Numbered from the stretch's first letter, positions 1 to 12,602 are shown. The stretch: 64,000 nucleotides of DNA from Octopus sinensis (GCF_006345805.1 NC_043002.1:74772001-74836000); one strand, 5' to 3'. Program-made: numbers and translations. Notes: generated by a model from the letters alone, not told the origin.

Positions 1-19
1 GTCTCACCTATGAAACTGT

Positions 20-150
20 AACTAACCTTTTTCTTTTTCAGGTAAAGTGTACTTACTACTACCTTATCTAACATATTCTTTTTAAGACAGTTGTGTGTGA
101 TTTAAAGGGAACTTGACAGCTATTTTTAGCAGGCAGAGTGACCACAGATC
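20..150 (-). mobile_element. Repeat family D fragment (unclassified SINE-like)
   Basis: TTTAAGACAG..GTGTGATTT..GCTATTTTTAGCAGG motif shared with about 13 other copies in the window. Confidence 0.55.
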
Positions 151-638
151 TTTCTTGGACATGGAATCCTTTGAATTGGTTTTTGTTATGGTCAAGATAG
201 ATTAGGGTAGTGAACTGGATGAGTCATAGGTGTGCTAGGTAGAATACATTTTGGTAAATATTCCAGTACCTTGCATTCTCACTTCAAATCTTACCATTGT
301 CTACTTTATCTTTCACTCTTCATGGGTCAATAAAATATCAGTCTCAGACAGTCAACCGGGGGGTGGGGGATTGTTGGAAGAGATACCTTGTGGTATTCAT
401 TCCAGTTCATTGCCTTAAGTTCAAATGCTGCTTTGGTTGATAGATGTAATTTGTTGCAAGCCTTGGGTCCAGGTTTCCAGTTTGAGGATATATTTCCTCT
501 CACTCAGGCCTTCTTAACTAACATGTGAAAGAGAGAGAGAGAGAGTAGTAGTAGTAGTTAAAAAAACCCCATGAGATCTTTTTCTCTTTTCTAAAGTTAC
601 TGACCCATCATTAATTACCCCAATGTCTTGTTCACAGT

Positions 639-850
639 AAGGCGGCAAGCTAGCAGAATTGGTAGCATGGCAGGCAAAATGCTTTGCAGAATTCCATCCA
701 TCTTCATGTTCTGAGTTCAAATTCTGCTAAAGTTGACTTTGCTTTCATCCTTTCAGGGTTGATAAAATAAGTACCAGTTGAACACTGGGGTTGTTGTAAT
801 TGACTAATCCCCTCCTCCGAAATTGCTGGCCTTGTGCCAAAATCAGAAAT
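639..850 (+). mobile_element. SINE family B, full length with TSD
   Basis: AAGGCGGCAAGCTAGCAGAA head, GAGTTCAAAT B-box-like motif, GCTTTCATCCTTTCAGGGTTGATAAAATAAGTACCAG central domain. TSD caatgtcttgttcacagt (621-638) / caatatcttgttcacatt (851-868). Confidence 0.85.
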
Positions 851-1231
851 CAATATCTTGTTCACATTGTTTTTCAATAAATAATATATGATTTCACTTT
901 TAGAGATATTGCTCTTACTACAACAAATACCATATAATGTTTAGATTTATACTATATACGACGCCTCTATGGCAACTAATATTATTTTTCTCCTAATTAA
1001 GTTTCTATTATTAATAAAATTACTATTGTCATTTAATATAGGTGTCTGTAGATAAAATTTCTTTTAAGGACAGTTAATGGTTTGTATTTGATTGATGTAA
1101 TTTTCTTGTTTCATTAGATAGTGTTACAGATTTACATAAAGTATATATATGAGATTATGGATGGTAAGAGTGACTATGAAATATATTCAGTTTAAAATAT
1201 ATCATTTTCTTCTTCATTTATTTATGGTTTA

Positions 1232-2116
1232 AAGGCGGTGAGCTGGCAGAAACGTTAGCATGCTGGGCGGAATGCTTAGCAGTATTTCGTCTGCCGCTAC
1301 GTTCTCAAATTCCGCCAAGGTTGACTTTGGCTTTCATCCTTTTGGGGTCGATAAATTAAGTACCAGTTACGCACTGGGGTCGATGTTTTCGACTTAATCC
1401 CTTTGTGTGTCCTTGTTTGTCCCCTCTATGTTTAGCCCCTTGTGGGCAATAAAGAAATACGAAATGTTAGCACGCTGGGTGGACTGCTTAGCAATATTTC
1501 TTCTGTCTTTACGTTCTGAGTTCAAATTCTGCCGAGGTCAACTTTGCCTTTCATCCTTGCAGGGTTGATAAATTAAGTATCAGTTGCATACTGGGTTCTG
1601 TCTAATTAACTAATTTCTATCTAATTTCAGGCCTCGTGCCTAGAGTAGAAAAGAATCATTAGCAAGTCAGTCAAGATGCTTGGTGGCATTTCTTCCAGCT
1701 CTTTATGTTCTGAATTCAAACTCTGACGCGGTCAAATTTGACTTTCATTCTTTTGCCACATGTGTGTGTGTGTGTGTGTGTGTGTCATGGGGGTGATAAA
1801 ATAAGTACCACTTGAGTATTGGAGCTGATGTAATCAGCTAACCACCTCCCTTGAAATTGATGACCTTGTGGCAATATTTGGAACCATTAAGGCGGTGAAC
1901 TGGCAGAAATGTTAGTACTCCGGGCGAAATCCTTAGTGGTATTTTGTTTGTCTTTATGTTCTGAGTTCAAATTCCGCCAAGGTCGACTTTGCCTTTCATC
2001 CTTTCGGGGGTTGGTAAATTAAGTACCAGTTGTATACTGGGATCGATCTAATCGACTGCACCCCTTCCCCCAAAATTTTGGGCCTTGTTCCTAGAGTAGG
2101 GAAGAATATTTGAAAC
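1232..2116 (+). mobile_element. Head-to-tail array of four family B SINEs inside one 17-bp TSD
   Basis: Units at about 1232, 1460, 1655 and 1889. Perfect flanking repeat catttatttatggttta (1215-1231, 2117-2133). The last unit has its own 15-bp TSD (1874-1888 / 2106-2120). Confidence 0.85.
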
Positions 2117-2433
2117 CATTTATTTATGGTTTAGTTACAACATGACTGCTCTGTCTGTGTGTGTGTGTGTGGTGTGTGTGTGTGTGTGCATGTGCGTGTG
2201 CGTGTGCGTGCATTTTCAATTTTTCAAAATCACTGTTGCCATGTATCCAGATTTTCTGAATAATCACACTGTATACTCTAGTAGGTGACTAAAAAGGAAT
2301 ACATCATGAAAAATGACTGATCATAAAACACTGTCTAAAATATTCTGTCTAACCCATGCCAACATGAAAAAACAGACATAAAAATAAAGAAGATGATAGG
2401 AGTGAAAAGAATTTTATTTTCATTATTTAACCA

Positions 2434-2705
2434 ATACCTTGTGAGTGAATTTGGTAGGGGATTATTGTAGGAAGTGTTTGTGTATACATGTGCACATCCT
2501 GCAGCATTGCTTCAGCAACATGGTAAATGATGTTTACCTTCTTTGTTGATGTTATGCTCTGCACTTTTAGAAATCTGTGGAAATATGAAATCCTTTACTT
2601 TGGGTGTGTGTTAGGAAGAACACCTGGTCTTAAAATCTTACCTCTGATATATCCCCATCCAATCCATACTGGCATGGAAAAATATGGACATTAAGTGAAT
2701 GAATG
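2434..2705 (+). mobile_element. Degenerate family A SINE with RTE-type tail
   Basis: CCTTGTGAGTGAATTTGGTAG body and CCATACTGGCATGGAAAA..GGACATTAA tail. Confidence 0.55.
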
Positions 2706-2740
2706 AACTTATCGTAGATGTCACACACACACTATCTATA

Positions 2741-2771
<31 letters not shown>

Positions 2772-2979
2772 TTCTTATTAATGTTTGTAGATTAGAAGAT
2801 TAGTAAAAAAATACTTTAGATAATGACTTATGGATAATTAGATAATAAAATGAGGGGAAATAGTTTAAAAACTAGGTCTGGTTTGTTTGCTATTTTAGTC
2901 AAATTTGTTGCTTTGTATCACATGAACATTTTTTAGTTCAGTTTATACCGGTGTTGATCTTGATTTTTACCATTTAAGG

Positions 2980-3150
2980 ATTGTTGTTTAGTGTCCCAAT
3001 TTAACTTAGCAGTTCAAAGGCATTCCAGCTGTTACTTTTGAGGTCTTTAAGGATACATTATATAATGCACCCTCACCATTTTTTGTTTTTGATTGGAGGC
3101 AAGCTTGTTTACTATTTCTAGCAGATTGAGTAACCACATAGTGGTTCTTG
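2980..3150 (-). mobile_element. Repeat family D
   Basis: AAAGGCATTCCAGC and CTATTTCTAGCAG motifs. Confidence 0.6.
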
Positions 3151-3159
3151 AATGGTACT

Positions 3160-3546
3160 ATCATCATTTCTATGTTTGTCTGGGTCAGACAGAATTTGTT
3201 GCAGCAGATTTTCTATGGTTAGATGCCTTTCCTATCCCCATCTCTCATCTGTTTTTTTAAGCAAGTAATATTTCTACATAGCTCGACTTGTTTCCATGGA
3301 AAATTGGAAATAAGGGACATCATTTGTATGATGGCGATACTTATTCACAACTGTCACACATGATATCATGACAAAAGTGACATGAAACACACATGTACAA
3401 TTATGTGCACACACATACACTCACAAGTACATACCTCTACCCACACTTAAACATATAGTCATAAATGCTTATATGTTTATATAATACACATATATGAAGA
3501 GCTTCTTTTTAAGTTTCTGTCTACCAAATCCACTCACAAGGCCTTG
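3160..3546 (-). mobile_element. Family A SINE with RTE-type tail, head missing
   Basis: (CAT)n tail, GATGCCTTTCCT, CTACCAAATCCACTCACAAGGC. Confidence 0.7.
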
Positions 3547-4827
3547 TGAATCAATCAACTTGTAGTGCATCTTCATTGCGAAATTTTTCTGATGCAAATA
3601 AAATTTGACTTTTGAAATAGTGCTAAATTATGAACTTTATTGTTTTGATTATTTCATCTAACAATCTGTTCTTGCAACACTTTGTGAGAGCGTGCACCCA
3701 CGTAAACATGCTATTCTCGTTCATCATATCACCACTTGAACCTTGCTGTCATTTGACAACAATCCTCTGTGAAGATCAGGTACTTATCAGTGAGTTCAGA
3801 GACTAAAACATGTACTTGGAACCAGCTGAAGAGGTGTACTTGTCTTGAACGACTTAAATTAAGATTGTATACAAAACTACTTGGTGTAATAGATAAAATA
3901 GAAGTGCTCTTAGGAGGACACTCTTGGAAAAAGCAAGATTCTTTCCTCCTTACATACTTAAATTTATTTCAAATGGTCTCTTCAGAGTGTAGATATATAT
4001 ATATATAACGTGCTATATATATTTTTTACCTTTATTTTTAATTTTAAAAAATGTGGAAGAGTAAATTTGCACACTGTGTATGTCAGCCAATAAAGAAGCA
4101 TATATATTTACTGACTTGGTTATAAATATTTAATGTAAGTGTACTTGTAGGTGTTTTAATTGTTAGCTTTGGCTATGCCTTGATGTAATTATGTATGATT
4201 ATTTGAAATTTCTTTGAGCTTAAGCTTGTTTGTTGGTTTTTTTTTCTTTTTGTTTTGTGAGTGAGCAGAAGGAAACTCTGGTACTTAATGTGTTAAAATG
4301 TCTATCTTCTTTACACTAGAGTTCTCATTGTGTTGTATTAAGCTTAAGAAACGAAGCTTTCTTTTCTTAAATCTTCAAATAAAAGTTTTTAAAGCATCTG
4401 GTTTAAAGAAAAAATTGGAAAGAACTTTTTCTTTAAAAAGAGAAAAAGGATTAATAAACTATTGGTGGAATAATATCATATAATTATTATTCTTGCAAAT
4501 ATTATCTTATGGGTATATTACATTATTGTTGCTGCCCACAGTCATGCCAAAATTACTATGACAACTGACAGCAGCCATAATAATTTTATGATATTCCATT
4601 CATAATTTTTTAACCCTTCTTTTCTTCATACAATGAATACAAGCTATTCATAGAGTGAGACTTAGTTTGCTGTGAGGAAGAGTAAAGTCAAACTGTTCCA
4701 GAGTAAGAAAATAATAAGCAATATAAAGTTATATACAAAAATGTGTGCACTTTCTCCCCTTCCTACGAAGGGCCTGCCCTATTTGTAATGTCACACCTCT
4801 CCTCTTCCTCACAAATAAACAAACATA

Positions 4828-5046
4828 GGCGCAGGAGTGGCTGTGTGGTAAGTAGCTTGCTAACCAACCACATGGTTCCGGGATCAGTTCCACTGCGTGG
4901 CATCTTGGGCAAGTGTCTTCTACTTTAGCTCCGGGCCAACCAATGCCTTGTGAGTGGATTTGGTAGACGGAAACTGAAAGAAGCCTGTCGTATATATGTA
5001 TGTATTATATATATATGTATGTATGTATGTATTATATATGTATGTA

Positions 5047-5100
<54 letters not shown>

Positions 5101-5303
5101 TGTGTTTGTCCCCCTAGCATTGCTTGACAACCGATGCTGGTGTGTTTACGTCCCCATCACTTAGCGGTTCGGCAAAAGAGACCGATAAAATAAGTACTGG
5201 GCTTACAAAGAATAAGTCCCGGGGTCGATTTGCTCAACTAAAAAGGCGGTGCTCCAGCATGGCCGCAGTCAAATGACTGAAACAAGTAAAAGAGTAAAAG
5301 AGT
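4828..5303 (+). mobile_element. Family A SINE (tRNA head + CORE-like domain + internal microsatellite + GTAAAAGA tail), young full-length copy
   Basis: GGCGCAGGAGTGGCTGTGTGG (A-box-like), GGGATCAGTTCC (B-box-like), CTTGGGCAAGT CORE-like motif, tandem GTAAAAGA tail. Near-identical to 30629-31042. Confidence 0.9.
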
Positions 5304-5420
5304 ATATTTTCAGTTTGTGAACTGTTTGTATTTAGTATTTGAAGATGCAGACAGACCATCATTAATGTTGTTACGTTCTACTGTTTTAATTCTGACGAAG
5401 CAAGTAATTTTTGTTTAAAT

Positions 5421-6173
5421 TGGTGGTTCTACCCAGGGTCTATATGACCCAGGAGGGCCCGTATAAGACCTTTGTGGCTCAGTGCATGCAAAATAGTATA
5501 CTGGAAATCCACAGTAGTGTTTGAAGGGTCCGTGAAAAAGTTTTGCTTTAGATGTATTTATTGCAAGAAACAGCTAGCCTTTTTAGTAAACGTTTTACAT
5601 ACGGCATGGCTGTGTGGTAAGAAGCTTGCTTCCCAACCACAGGGTTCTTGGTTCAGTCCCACTGCATGGCACCTTGGGCAAGTGCCTTCTATAGCGTCAG
5701 GCCAACCAGAGCCCTGTGAGTGGATTTGGTTGATGGAAACTGAAAGAAGCCCGTCGTGTGTATATATATATATATATATATATGATCAATTTACGATATA
5801 TAATGTTTATATCTCTGTTTGTCCTCCCACCGTCGCTTGCCAACCGATGTTGGCGTGTTTATGTCCCTGTAACTTAGTGGTTCGGCAAAATAGACCGATA
5901 GAATAAGTATTCGGCTTACAAAGAATAAGTCCTGAGGTTGATTTGTTCGATTAAGGGCGGTGCTCCAGCTTGGTTGCAGTCAGATGATGGAAACAAGTAA
6001 AAGAATTAAAGAATAGTTCAACAAACACAAGTTTGTGATAAACAAAATAAGAATTTTGAAAAGAGTATCACACGAGCTTTTAAACATCGTATGGCTTTGG
6101 GAGCCCACCAGAACAGAATAGTAATTAAAAGTCTCTGTAGATGAAAAAAAAAAAAAATGGTTGAGAACCACTG
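5421..6173. mobile_element. hAT (Charlie/Buster-type) MITE with nested SINE
   Basis: Right TIR GGTTGAGAACCACTG, degenerate left TIR TGGTGGTTCTACC, perfect 8-bp TSD gtttaaat (5413-5420, 6174-6181). Confidence 0.8.
5601..6015 (+). mobile_element. Family A SINE nested in hAT MITE
   Basis: Same head, CORE-like motif and tail as 4828-5303. Confidence 0.88.
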
Positions 6174-6684
6174 GTTTAAATAAACGCGGAGTTCATTTCG
6201 CAGTTGATAACGAGATAGAGATGGGGGGTGGGCAGGGGGGGGGGGAAACAAAAATGTTACATGGAGTAAGTCAAGAGAGTGTATTATGTTGTAAGGGAGA
6301 TTATCATTGAAAAAAATGAGAGTTACTTCCCTTGACGATTATAGCTTGAAGAATTTTTCTATTGATTTTAAATTACAAGCAGTTTATATCTTGACAGTTT
6401 TGTGAATAAATCTATTCATTGAAAGCTGCATAATTTTCTTTTCCATTAGAAGCAAAAGAAAAGAATATGTCATGTTTATCTCTCATGCTTAAGAAGTTCG
6501 ATACATTTGCGTTAATGTCAAAAGACCATTGCGTAAAATTTCCCATTTGAACAAATTTTTACATCTATGCCGTCATCTTGTTGAAAAACTTACAAGCCAA
6601 ACTTTAATATTGCTATTTTTAAGGAATTTCTATGAAGTCCCCTTATTACATACTTTTCCTTTCAACTCATATGTACACATGTCA

Positions 6685-6865
6685 ATCCTGATGGAGTAGA
6701 CCTATGATTTAAAGGCATTCTGACCATGGTCATTTGTTCTTTTTAAGGCTGTTTAAGACTACATTATCTAGTGAATCATTTCCTTAATTTAAGAAAGTAT
6801 GGTGTAGTCTGAAGGAGATTTGGCTGCTGTTTCTAGCAAGTCGGTTGATTATGTAGAGGCTACTT
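6685..6865 (-). mobile_element. Repeat family D
   Basis: AGACCTATGATTTAAAGGCATTC..GGAGATTTGGCTGCTGTTTCTAGCAAG. Confidence 0.7.
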
Positions 6866-7056
6866 TGTTTGCTTGTATGTACACATATTTCATCAAAGTG
6901 AAACCATATATGGTTATTCCTTTAATAGTGTCAGTTTTGGGACTATGGCCTTGCTGGGGCACAACTTTGAAGAGGTTAGTCAATCTTGTTGACACCCAGT
7001 ACTTTTTTTAGTTATGTTCTTATTTTACGGGTCTCTTTTTGTTGAATTGCTAGGTT

Positions 7057-7360
7057 ATCATCATCATCATCATTGCTAGCATGGGTTGGACGGTTCAACT
7101 GGGGTCTGGGAAGCCAGAAGGCTGCACCAGGCCCAGTTGATCTGGCAATGTTTCTACGGCTGGATGCCCTTCCTAATGCCAACCACTCCATGAGTGTAGT
7201 GGGTGCTTTTTACGTGCCACCGGCACAGGTGCCAGACGAGTCTGGCAAACGGCCACGATCGGATGGTGCTTTTTATGTGCCACCAGCACGGGGGCCAGGT
7301 GAGGCTGGCAACGGCCATGAACGGATGGTGCTTTTTACATGCCACCGGCACGAGGCCAGT
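7057..7360 (-). mobile_element. RTE-type LINE 3'UTR fragment
   Basis: (CAT)n tail, GGATGCCCTTCCTAATGCCAACC, three copies of GGTGCTTTTTACGTGCCACCGGCAC. Homologous to the 3'UTR in 62141-62799. Confidence 0.8.
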
Positions 7361-8026
7361 GTGGATGTGAACAGACAAACAAACAACAGGTAATATTTAT
7401 ATCCAGCTTATAATGGATACCTTGTTAGAACACCATATACTACAGTATTAGCATTGAGAGATTCTCTCATATAGGTGCATGGTGTATGAAGGCACAGACT
7501 TAGATTGTGGCAGATGAGAATTGTCTGTTATGTATACCAGAATTCCCATATCACGTGATTTCAGTCTACTGACCCTCATCAGGGGGAGATATCTGGTGAC
7601 CACATACTGGCCAAATCTAATTGCCATGATGAAATGTTAGCATCTTTCAGAGACCGATGTTGCAAATTAGCCAGTAGGCTTACACAAGAGGGTTTCTGAA
7701 GGCTAATAACACAGTATTTAGCGTTCTAACAAGATATCCACATGAAGTTGGATATGAAGATTGCCTTGTGGTACTGATACTGTTCATGACATTTAAACGA
7801 ACAACAGTTGTCAAATAGTAAGAGAGAAACACAAAGACACTTACACATACACAAACATGTATGTGTGATGTATTTACTCACAATTTTTGTTCATCAAATT
7901 TGTTCATATGGCATTGGTCAGTTGAGGCTGTAGTTGAGGGGTTTGTGCAGTTAGGTTTGACAGAGAGCTATGCAGCAGGTTTTTGAATGACTGAGGAAAC
8001 AATCGGTGTATTAAAAGGAAGTTTCT

Positions 8027-8259
8027 TATTTCTTTATTGCCCACAAGGGGCTAAACATAGAGGGGACAAACAAGGACAGACAAAGGGATTAAGTCAATTA
8101 CATAAACCCCAGTGCATAACTGGTACTTAATTTATCGACCCCAATTGGATGAAAGGCAAAGTTGACCTTGGCGGAATTTGAACTCTGAGCGTAAAGATAG
8201 ACGAAATACTGCTAAGCATTTCACCCGGCGTGCTAACGTTTCTACCAGCTCACTGCCTC
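8027..8259 (-). mobile_element. SINE family B, full length with TSD
   Basis: Reverse complement of the 1232-1460 unit. TSD aaaaggaagtttct / aaaagaaagtttct. Confidence 0.88.
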
Positions 8260-8274
8260 AAAAGAAAGTTTCTA

Positions 8275-8609
8275 ATAGCTGTGGTGGCTCTCTGTCAATT
8301 ACGACGACAAGTGTTCCATTTGATTCGACCAAAGAAACAGCCTGCTCAGGAAACTAAAGTGCAAGTGGCTGAGCACCCCTTAGACACACATATCCTTAAC
8401 ATAGTTCTCAGGGACATTCAGTGTGACACACCGAATGCGAATATGATAAGGCTGGCTCTTTGAATTACAGGTACAACTAATTTTAACCAGCTGAGTGGAC
8501 TGGAGGAATGAAGAATAAGGTGCATTGCTCAAGGACACAACATGCTGGCAAGCATCAAACTCATGCCCTTAAGATTGTGAGCTAAATACCCTAACCACTA
8601 AGCCACATG
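8275..8609 (-). mobile_element. SINE family C (tRNA head + CORE-like GTGTCCTTGAGCAA)
   Basis: Minus strand reads TGGCTTAGTGGTTAGGGT..GTGTCCTTGAGCAA..CCAGTCCACTCAGCTG. Confidence 0.75.
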
Positions 8610-8611
8610 GT

Positions 8612-8847
8612 AATTTGTGGGTCCACATATAAATTTTGTTTACTAGGAGAGGTACCTGTATTTATTGAAATTCTCAAGATTTGTATTTGGAATTTATGTT
8701 ATGAATATAACGAAATTGTTTCATTGTTAGTTTTTACTAACCTACAAACAAATATTTTATTTCAAAAATTTACAGGTTCATATATAAGGTACACAGGTAA
8801 AATAGCTCTCAGGGGGTCCACAAGCAAAATAAGGGTGGGAATCCCTG
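8612..8847. mobile_element. Probable hAT MITE fragment (one end only)
   Basis: Ends in GGTGGGAATCCCTG (Charlie-like TIR) and has subterminal GGGGTCCAC motifs. The other end was not found. Confidence 0.4.
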
Positions 8848-8865
8848 GTCTAACCTGTGCAGCTA

Positions 8866-9345
8866 ATCATCATCATCACCATCATCATTTAATATCCTTT
8901 GTTCACACTGGCATGGGTTGGACAGTTTCACTGGGCTGGCATGCTGGATGGCTACGCCAGGTTCGTCTGATTTGGCATGGTTTTCTATGGCTGGATTCCC
9001 TTCCTAATACCAACCACTCTGAGAGTGTAATACATGCTTTTATGTGATACTGGCATAGGTGCCATTTGCATGACACTGGTATCTGACATTACTGCAATTT
9101 TGCTTAGCTTGATGGGTCTTCTTCTCAAGCTTGACATAATGTCAAAGGTCTTGGTCATTGCCTCCGTGAGGCCCAACACTTGAAAAGAACTCGGCCACTT
9201 TACCTCCATCAGGCTCATTGCTTGAAAGGAACTCAGCCACTTTGCCTCTGTCAAGCCAAAATGCATGAAAGGAACTCAGCCACTTTTCCTCCATGGGGCC
9301 CAATGTTCAAAGGTTGATTTTTTTTTTTATGTGCCACCTGCAATG
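8866..9345 (-). mobile_element. Rearranged RTE derivative: ORF C-terminus remnant, 42-bp tandem repeat, 3'UTR
   Basis: Minus strand encodes LGLTEAMTK-like RTE C-terminus. About 3.5 x 42-bp repeat at 9160-9312. (CAT)n tail. Confidence 0.7.
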
Positions 9346-9423
9346 GTTTATATAATAAGTGTGAGGGAAATGTTAATTGTTGTAGCCAGTGTAATTATAT
9401 TGAGTAAATGTGTTATGTGAGAT

Positions 9424-9627
9424 CAGGGCTGTGGAGTCGGTAAAACTATACCGACTCTGATTCCAACTTACAATGTCTTTATATTTTAATATAAACCAGT
9501 TATAACATATAGGCCTACTCAAAGTACAAGCATATACATATGTTTTATGACATATGTAGACCACAATCACTTAATTACATAAAGAGGAGTCAGAGTTGAA
9601 GTTTTTTGTTTTGACTCCACAGCCCTG
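9424..9627. mobile_element. hAT MITE, 204 bp, intact ends
   Basis: Perfect 15-bp TIR CAGGGCTGTGGAGTC / GACTCCACAGCCCTG and perfect 8-bp TSD tgtgagat (9416-9423, 9628-9635). Confidence 0.92.
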
Positions 9628-10224
9628 TGTGAGATGGTGAAGCCAGTGCATAAGTTTTGTAGTAATGTTAGATATTGTATTTGAAATTTGAATGAGTCCT
9701 GTGACCCACTGAGTTGAGAGGAATCACTTGAAGACTTTTGATGTTATATATAGGTCAGGAATGACTGGTAGTTAAGAAGTTCACTTTATAATCATGTGGT
9801 TTTAGAGGTTGAACTTCAATATTCAGCAAGTGATTTCTGGTGTGGCTTTGGTTTGGCCAATGCATTGTGAGTGAAATTTGGTAGAAATTTGGTTGATTAA
9901 ATAATTACCAGTTGAGTACTGGGGTTGATGTAATTTATAAACCCTTTCCTGCCAAAATTTCAGGCCTTGTGCCTATAGTAGAAAGGATTACAATTCTGAG
10001 GATTTGTCCATCCCTTTTTAATCCATAGTTCTTCTGCTCCTTTAAGTGACTACCCTTCTTCCTGAGACTCTGGTCAATTTAATAACTCTGCAATTAGAAG
10101 CTTGTATGAATTCTATAAACCTTTCTGGTGTTTGAAATAACTGAATAGTAATTTTTAATAAATAGTGAAGGTCACTTTTGGATATATAATAAATAATGTA
10201 TTGTTTATTCTTATTTAGCAGTAT

Positions 10225-10400
10225 GTCAATCCTGATAGAGTAAACTATGATCAAAAAGCATTCTACATGTGACCGCTCATGTTTTTAGAAGTATGTAGGG
10301 CTATGTTTTGCAATATATCCTCTTGTTGGAAATGGGAATGAGTGATTTGGAAAAGGTTTGGCTGCTAATTTTAGCAGACCTAATAGCCACATGGAGGTTA
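10225..10400 (-). mobile_element. Repeat family D
   Basis: CTATGATCAAAAAGCATTC..TTTGGCTGCTAATTTTAGCAG. Confidence 0.65.
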
Positions 10401-10599
10401 GTTTTGATGTAGAATGTATTGGGTATATATAATGTATAGTTAATTTGCTTTGTGTGAGCCAGTACACTTTGTACACAAAATATGAAGTCACAAGCATGAC
10501 AATACTTAAATTGCAAAATGTAGAAATCTTAATCGACTGTGTCAGACTACACAGAGTGTGATTAGATATATTTTCTATCTGGGTGTTTAGTACTATGTG

Positions 10600-11068
10600 T
10601 CATAATAGTAAAACTTGATGAGTGGCAGGAGTTAGGCAACTTATGTGTTGCATATGATGGAAGCAATGTGTAATGTAATAAGTTTAACATTTACATGTAG
10701 TGTTTATAAATGTGGGGCTGAAATATCAATTGAGGTGGTTGGGTTTTAACAAAATTACTCAAAGCTACATTCAATGAAAATGGCCGAGGAAGGTAATTTA
10801 GGCATGTTGGGAGAATAAAATGACAAAAAGTGGGGATGTAGGAGGCAGGATTAAATGTAATCGTTGTAGGAATATTGTTGTTGTTTGATAACTGAAACAG
10901 CAGAGAGCCATATTTTGAAGTGAGGTTGTTTGGGTTTAGCTAAAATAAATGGGACATGCAGAAGAATAGATTCAGGAAGATATCAGATAGGAAAGTTGAT
11001 CTAGTGTACTCATCTTATATCCTTGCCAGCCAACATGGAAGAACATACTTGGAATGATAATGATGATA
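10600..11068 (+). mobile_element. Very degenerate RTE LINE 3' end
   Basis: TTGAGGTGGTTGGGT (LRWLG, compare RLRWFGH), purine-rich body, CAACATGGAA..ATGATAATGATGA tail. Confidence 0.4.
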
Positions 11069-11415
11069 AATGTGGCAGCTGTTAACATTTTTGTGTGTGG
11101 GGGACGAAAAAAGATTTGAATATAAAAAGATAATATCTTATGTAAACAGTTTGATAATAATTACTACCTTTTCAAAAATGATGTATTTTTCAGGCATGCT
11201 ATAATAAAAGAACTCCAGATTTGCTTGACTAATATTTTCATAGTTAAACTGAAGTATACATCTTACACTTATGTAATAGAATATTATCTTGATCATACAT
11301 CATCATCATCATCATCATTGTCAACGTTTAGCATCTATTTTCCATGTTGGCATGGGTTAGGCACTTCGAATAAGATGTTTTTGGTGGTGGTGGTGATGAT
11401 GATGATGATGATTGT

Positions 11416-11633
11416 TTAACACTTTAGCATTCAGATTACTCTGTCAAATGTAATGCTTATTTATTCACATTGTTTTGAATTAATTATATATTATTTTGAA
11501 GCTTCAGGATTTTCATAATGTGGTTATTTATATGAGTAGCGTTGTTGGGTAGGTGTGAGAAGCTGGATCTAATCAGATTAAACATATGACAGGTAGAATA
11601 TTTGAGATAGATATGACTGGTCTAAATGCTTAA
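11416..11633 (+). mobile_element. piggyBac-like TTAA MITE
   Basis: TTAA-CACTTTAGCATT start. Homologous to 44982-45184 and 47472-47691. Confidence 0.75.
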
Positions 11634-12602
11634 TTTCAGCATTCAAGCTTTCATGTTCTTGTTTTATTTCACCAAAAAAATTGCTCTGATTGAACGGACC
11701 TTTGATAAAAGCCATAGCTTTTCACAAAGACATTCTACCAACTTATTAAAATAAAAAAAAATAAAAAATTTTTTTAAAAAATGAAAAGACACAGGACAGT
11801 TAGTCCCAGATATACAATAAGAAGGGATGGCCATGACTAGAATGAACAACAGCACTAGCAACAATTCCAATTATTAAAGGACTGCTTTGATAGAAAACGT
11901 TTCTGTTTTATGTGTAATACTAAAGCAAAGATAGAAAATACTCTAAGTTTCTCTTCCTTCACTCTATGAACAACTATAAAATGATTTCAGACATGGTCAT
12001 CTGTTGTGTTATGGTGCAAAAATAGTTTTTTGATTTTGTATTAAAAAGAATGTGCCAAACATTTGATCATGTTTCCTGTTGATTGAGCCAACAGAAATAA
12101 GTGTGTAATTCTACAGCTTTTACAGCCTTTGAAAGCCAATATATTTATTCTGGTTTATTGTTAAAAAAAAAAAAAAAGTTGAAATGCTGTCTAATTAATT
12201 ACTGTTAATGTTAAACATAGAAATAAATGCTGGCTACCACCAAGCAACAAAAACAATAATTAAAAATGTTATTTTTATAGCCATTAACATCATAGTAATT
12301 TGTGGGCAGTCAGCCGAGGTGGTAGAGTGTTAGAGTAAATACTTTTTGGAGGATTTAGTTCTGTTCATCTACATTCTGGGTTCAAATCTCACCGAGGTTG
12401 ACTTTGCTTTTTATACCACTAGGGAGAATTGATAAATTTGTCTCTGTCCAGTGACATAGCTAGAGAGTTTGGCACCAAGGGCAGCCCTTGAGTTTGCTAG
12501 CCTTCACTCTCCCAACCCTATACAGGCTTATACTACAGATCTGAAATTACCACTTCCATTAAAAGTGCCACCTAGGGCAGATTGTTTCTGTTACCCCCTG
12601 TC

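Noticed and set aside
20-47. Recursive-splice-like site ctaac-ttttttctttttcag|gtaaag
   Set aside because: It lies within a degenerate family D repeat whose T-run plus CAG recurs in other copies. There is no independent support.
4828-4900. tRNA-like sequences at SINE heads (families A, B, C)
   Set aside because: They continue into SINE bodies and lack a proper cloverleaf, so they are not tRNA genes.
6223-6245. G-runs here and at 358-369 and 45800-45823 as G-quadruplexes
   Set aside because: Simple homopolymer runs with no functional context.
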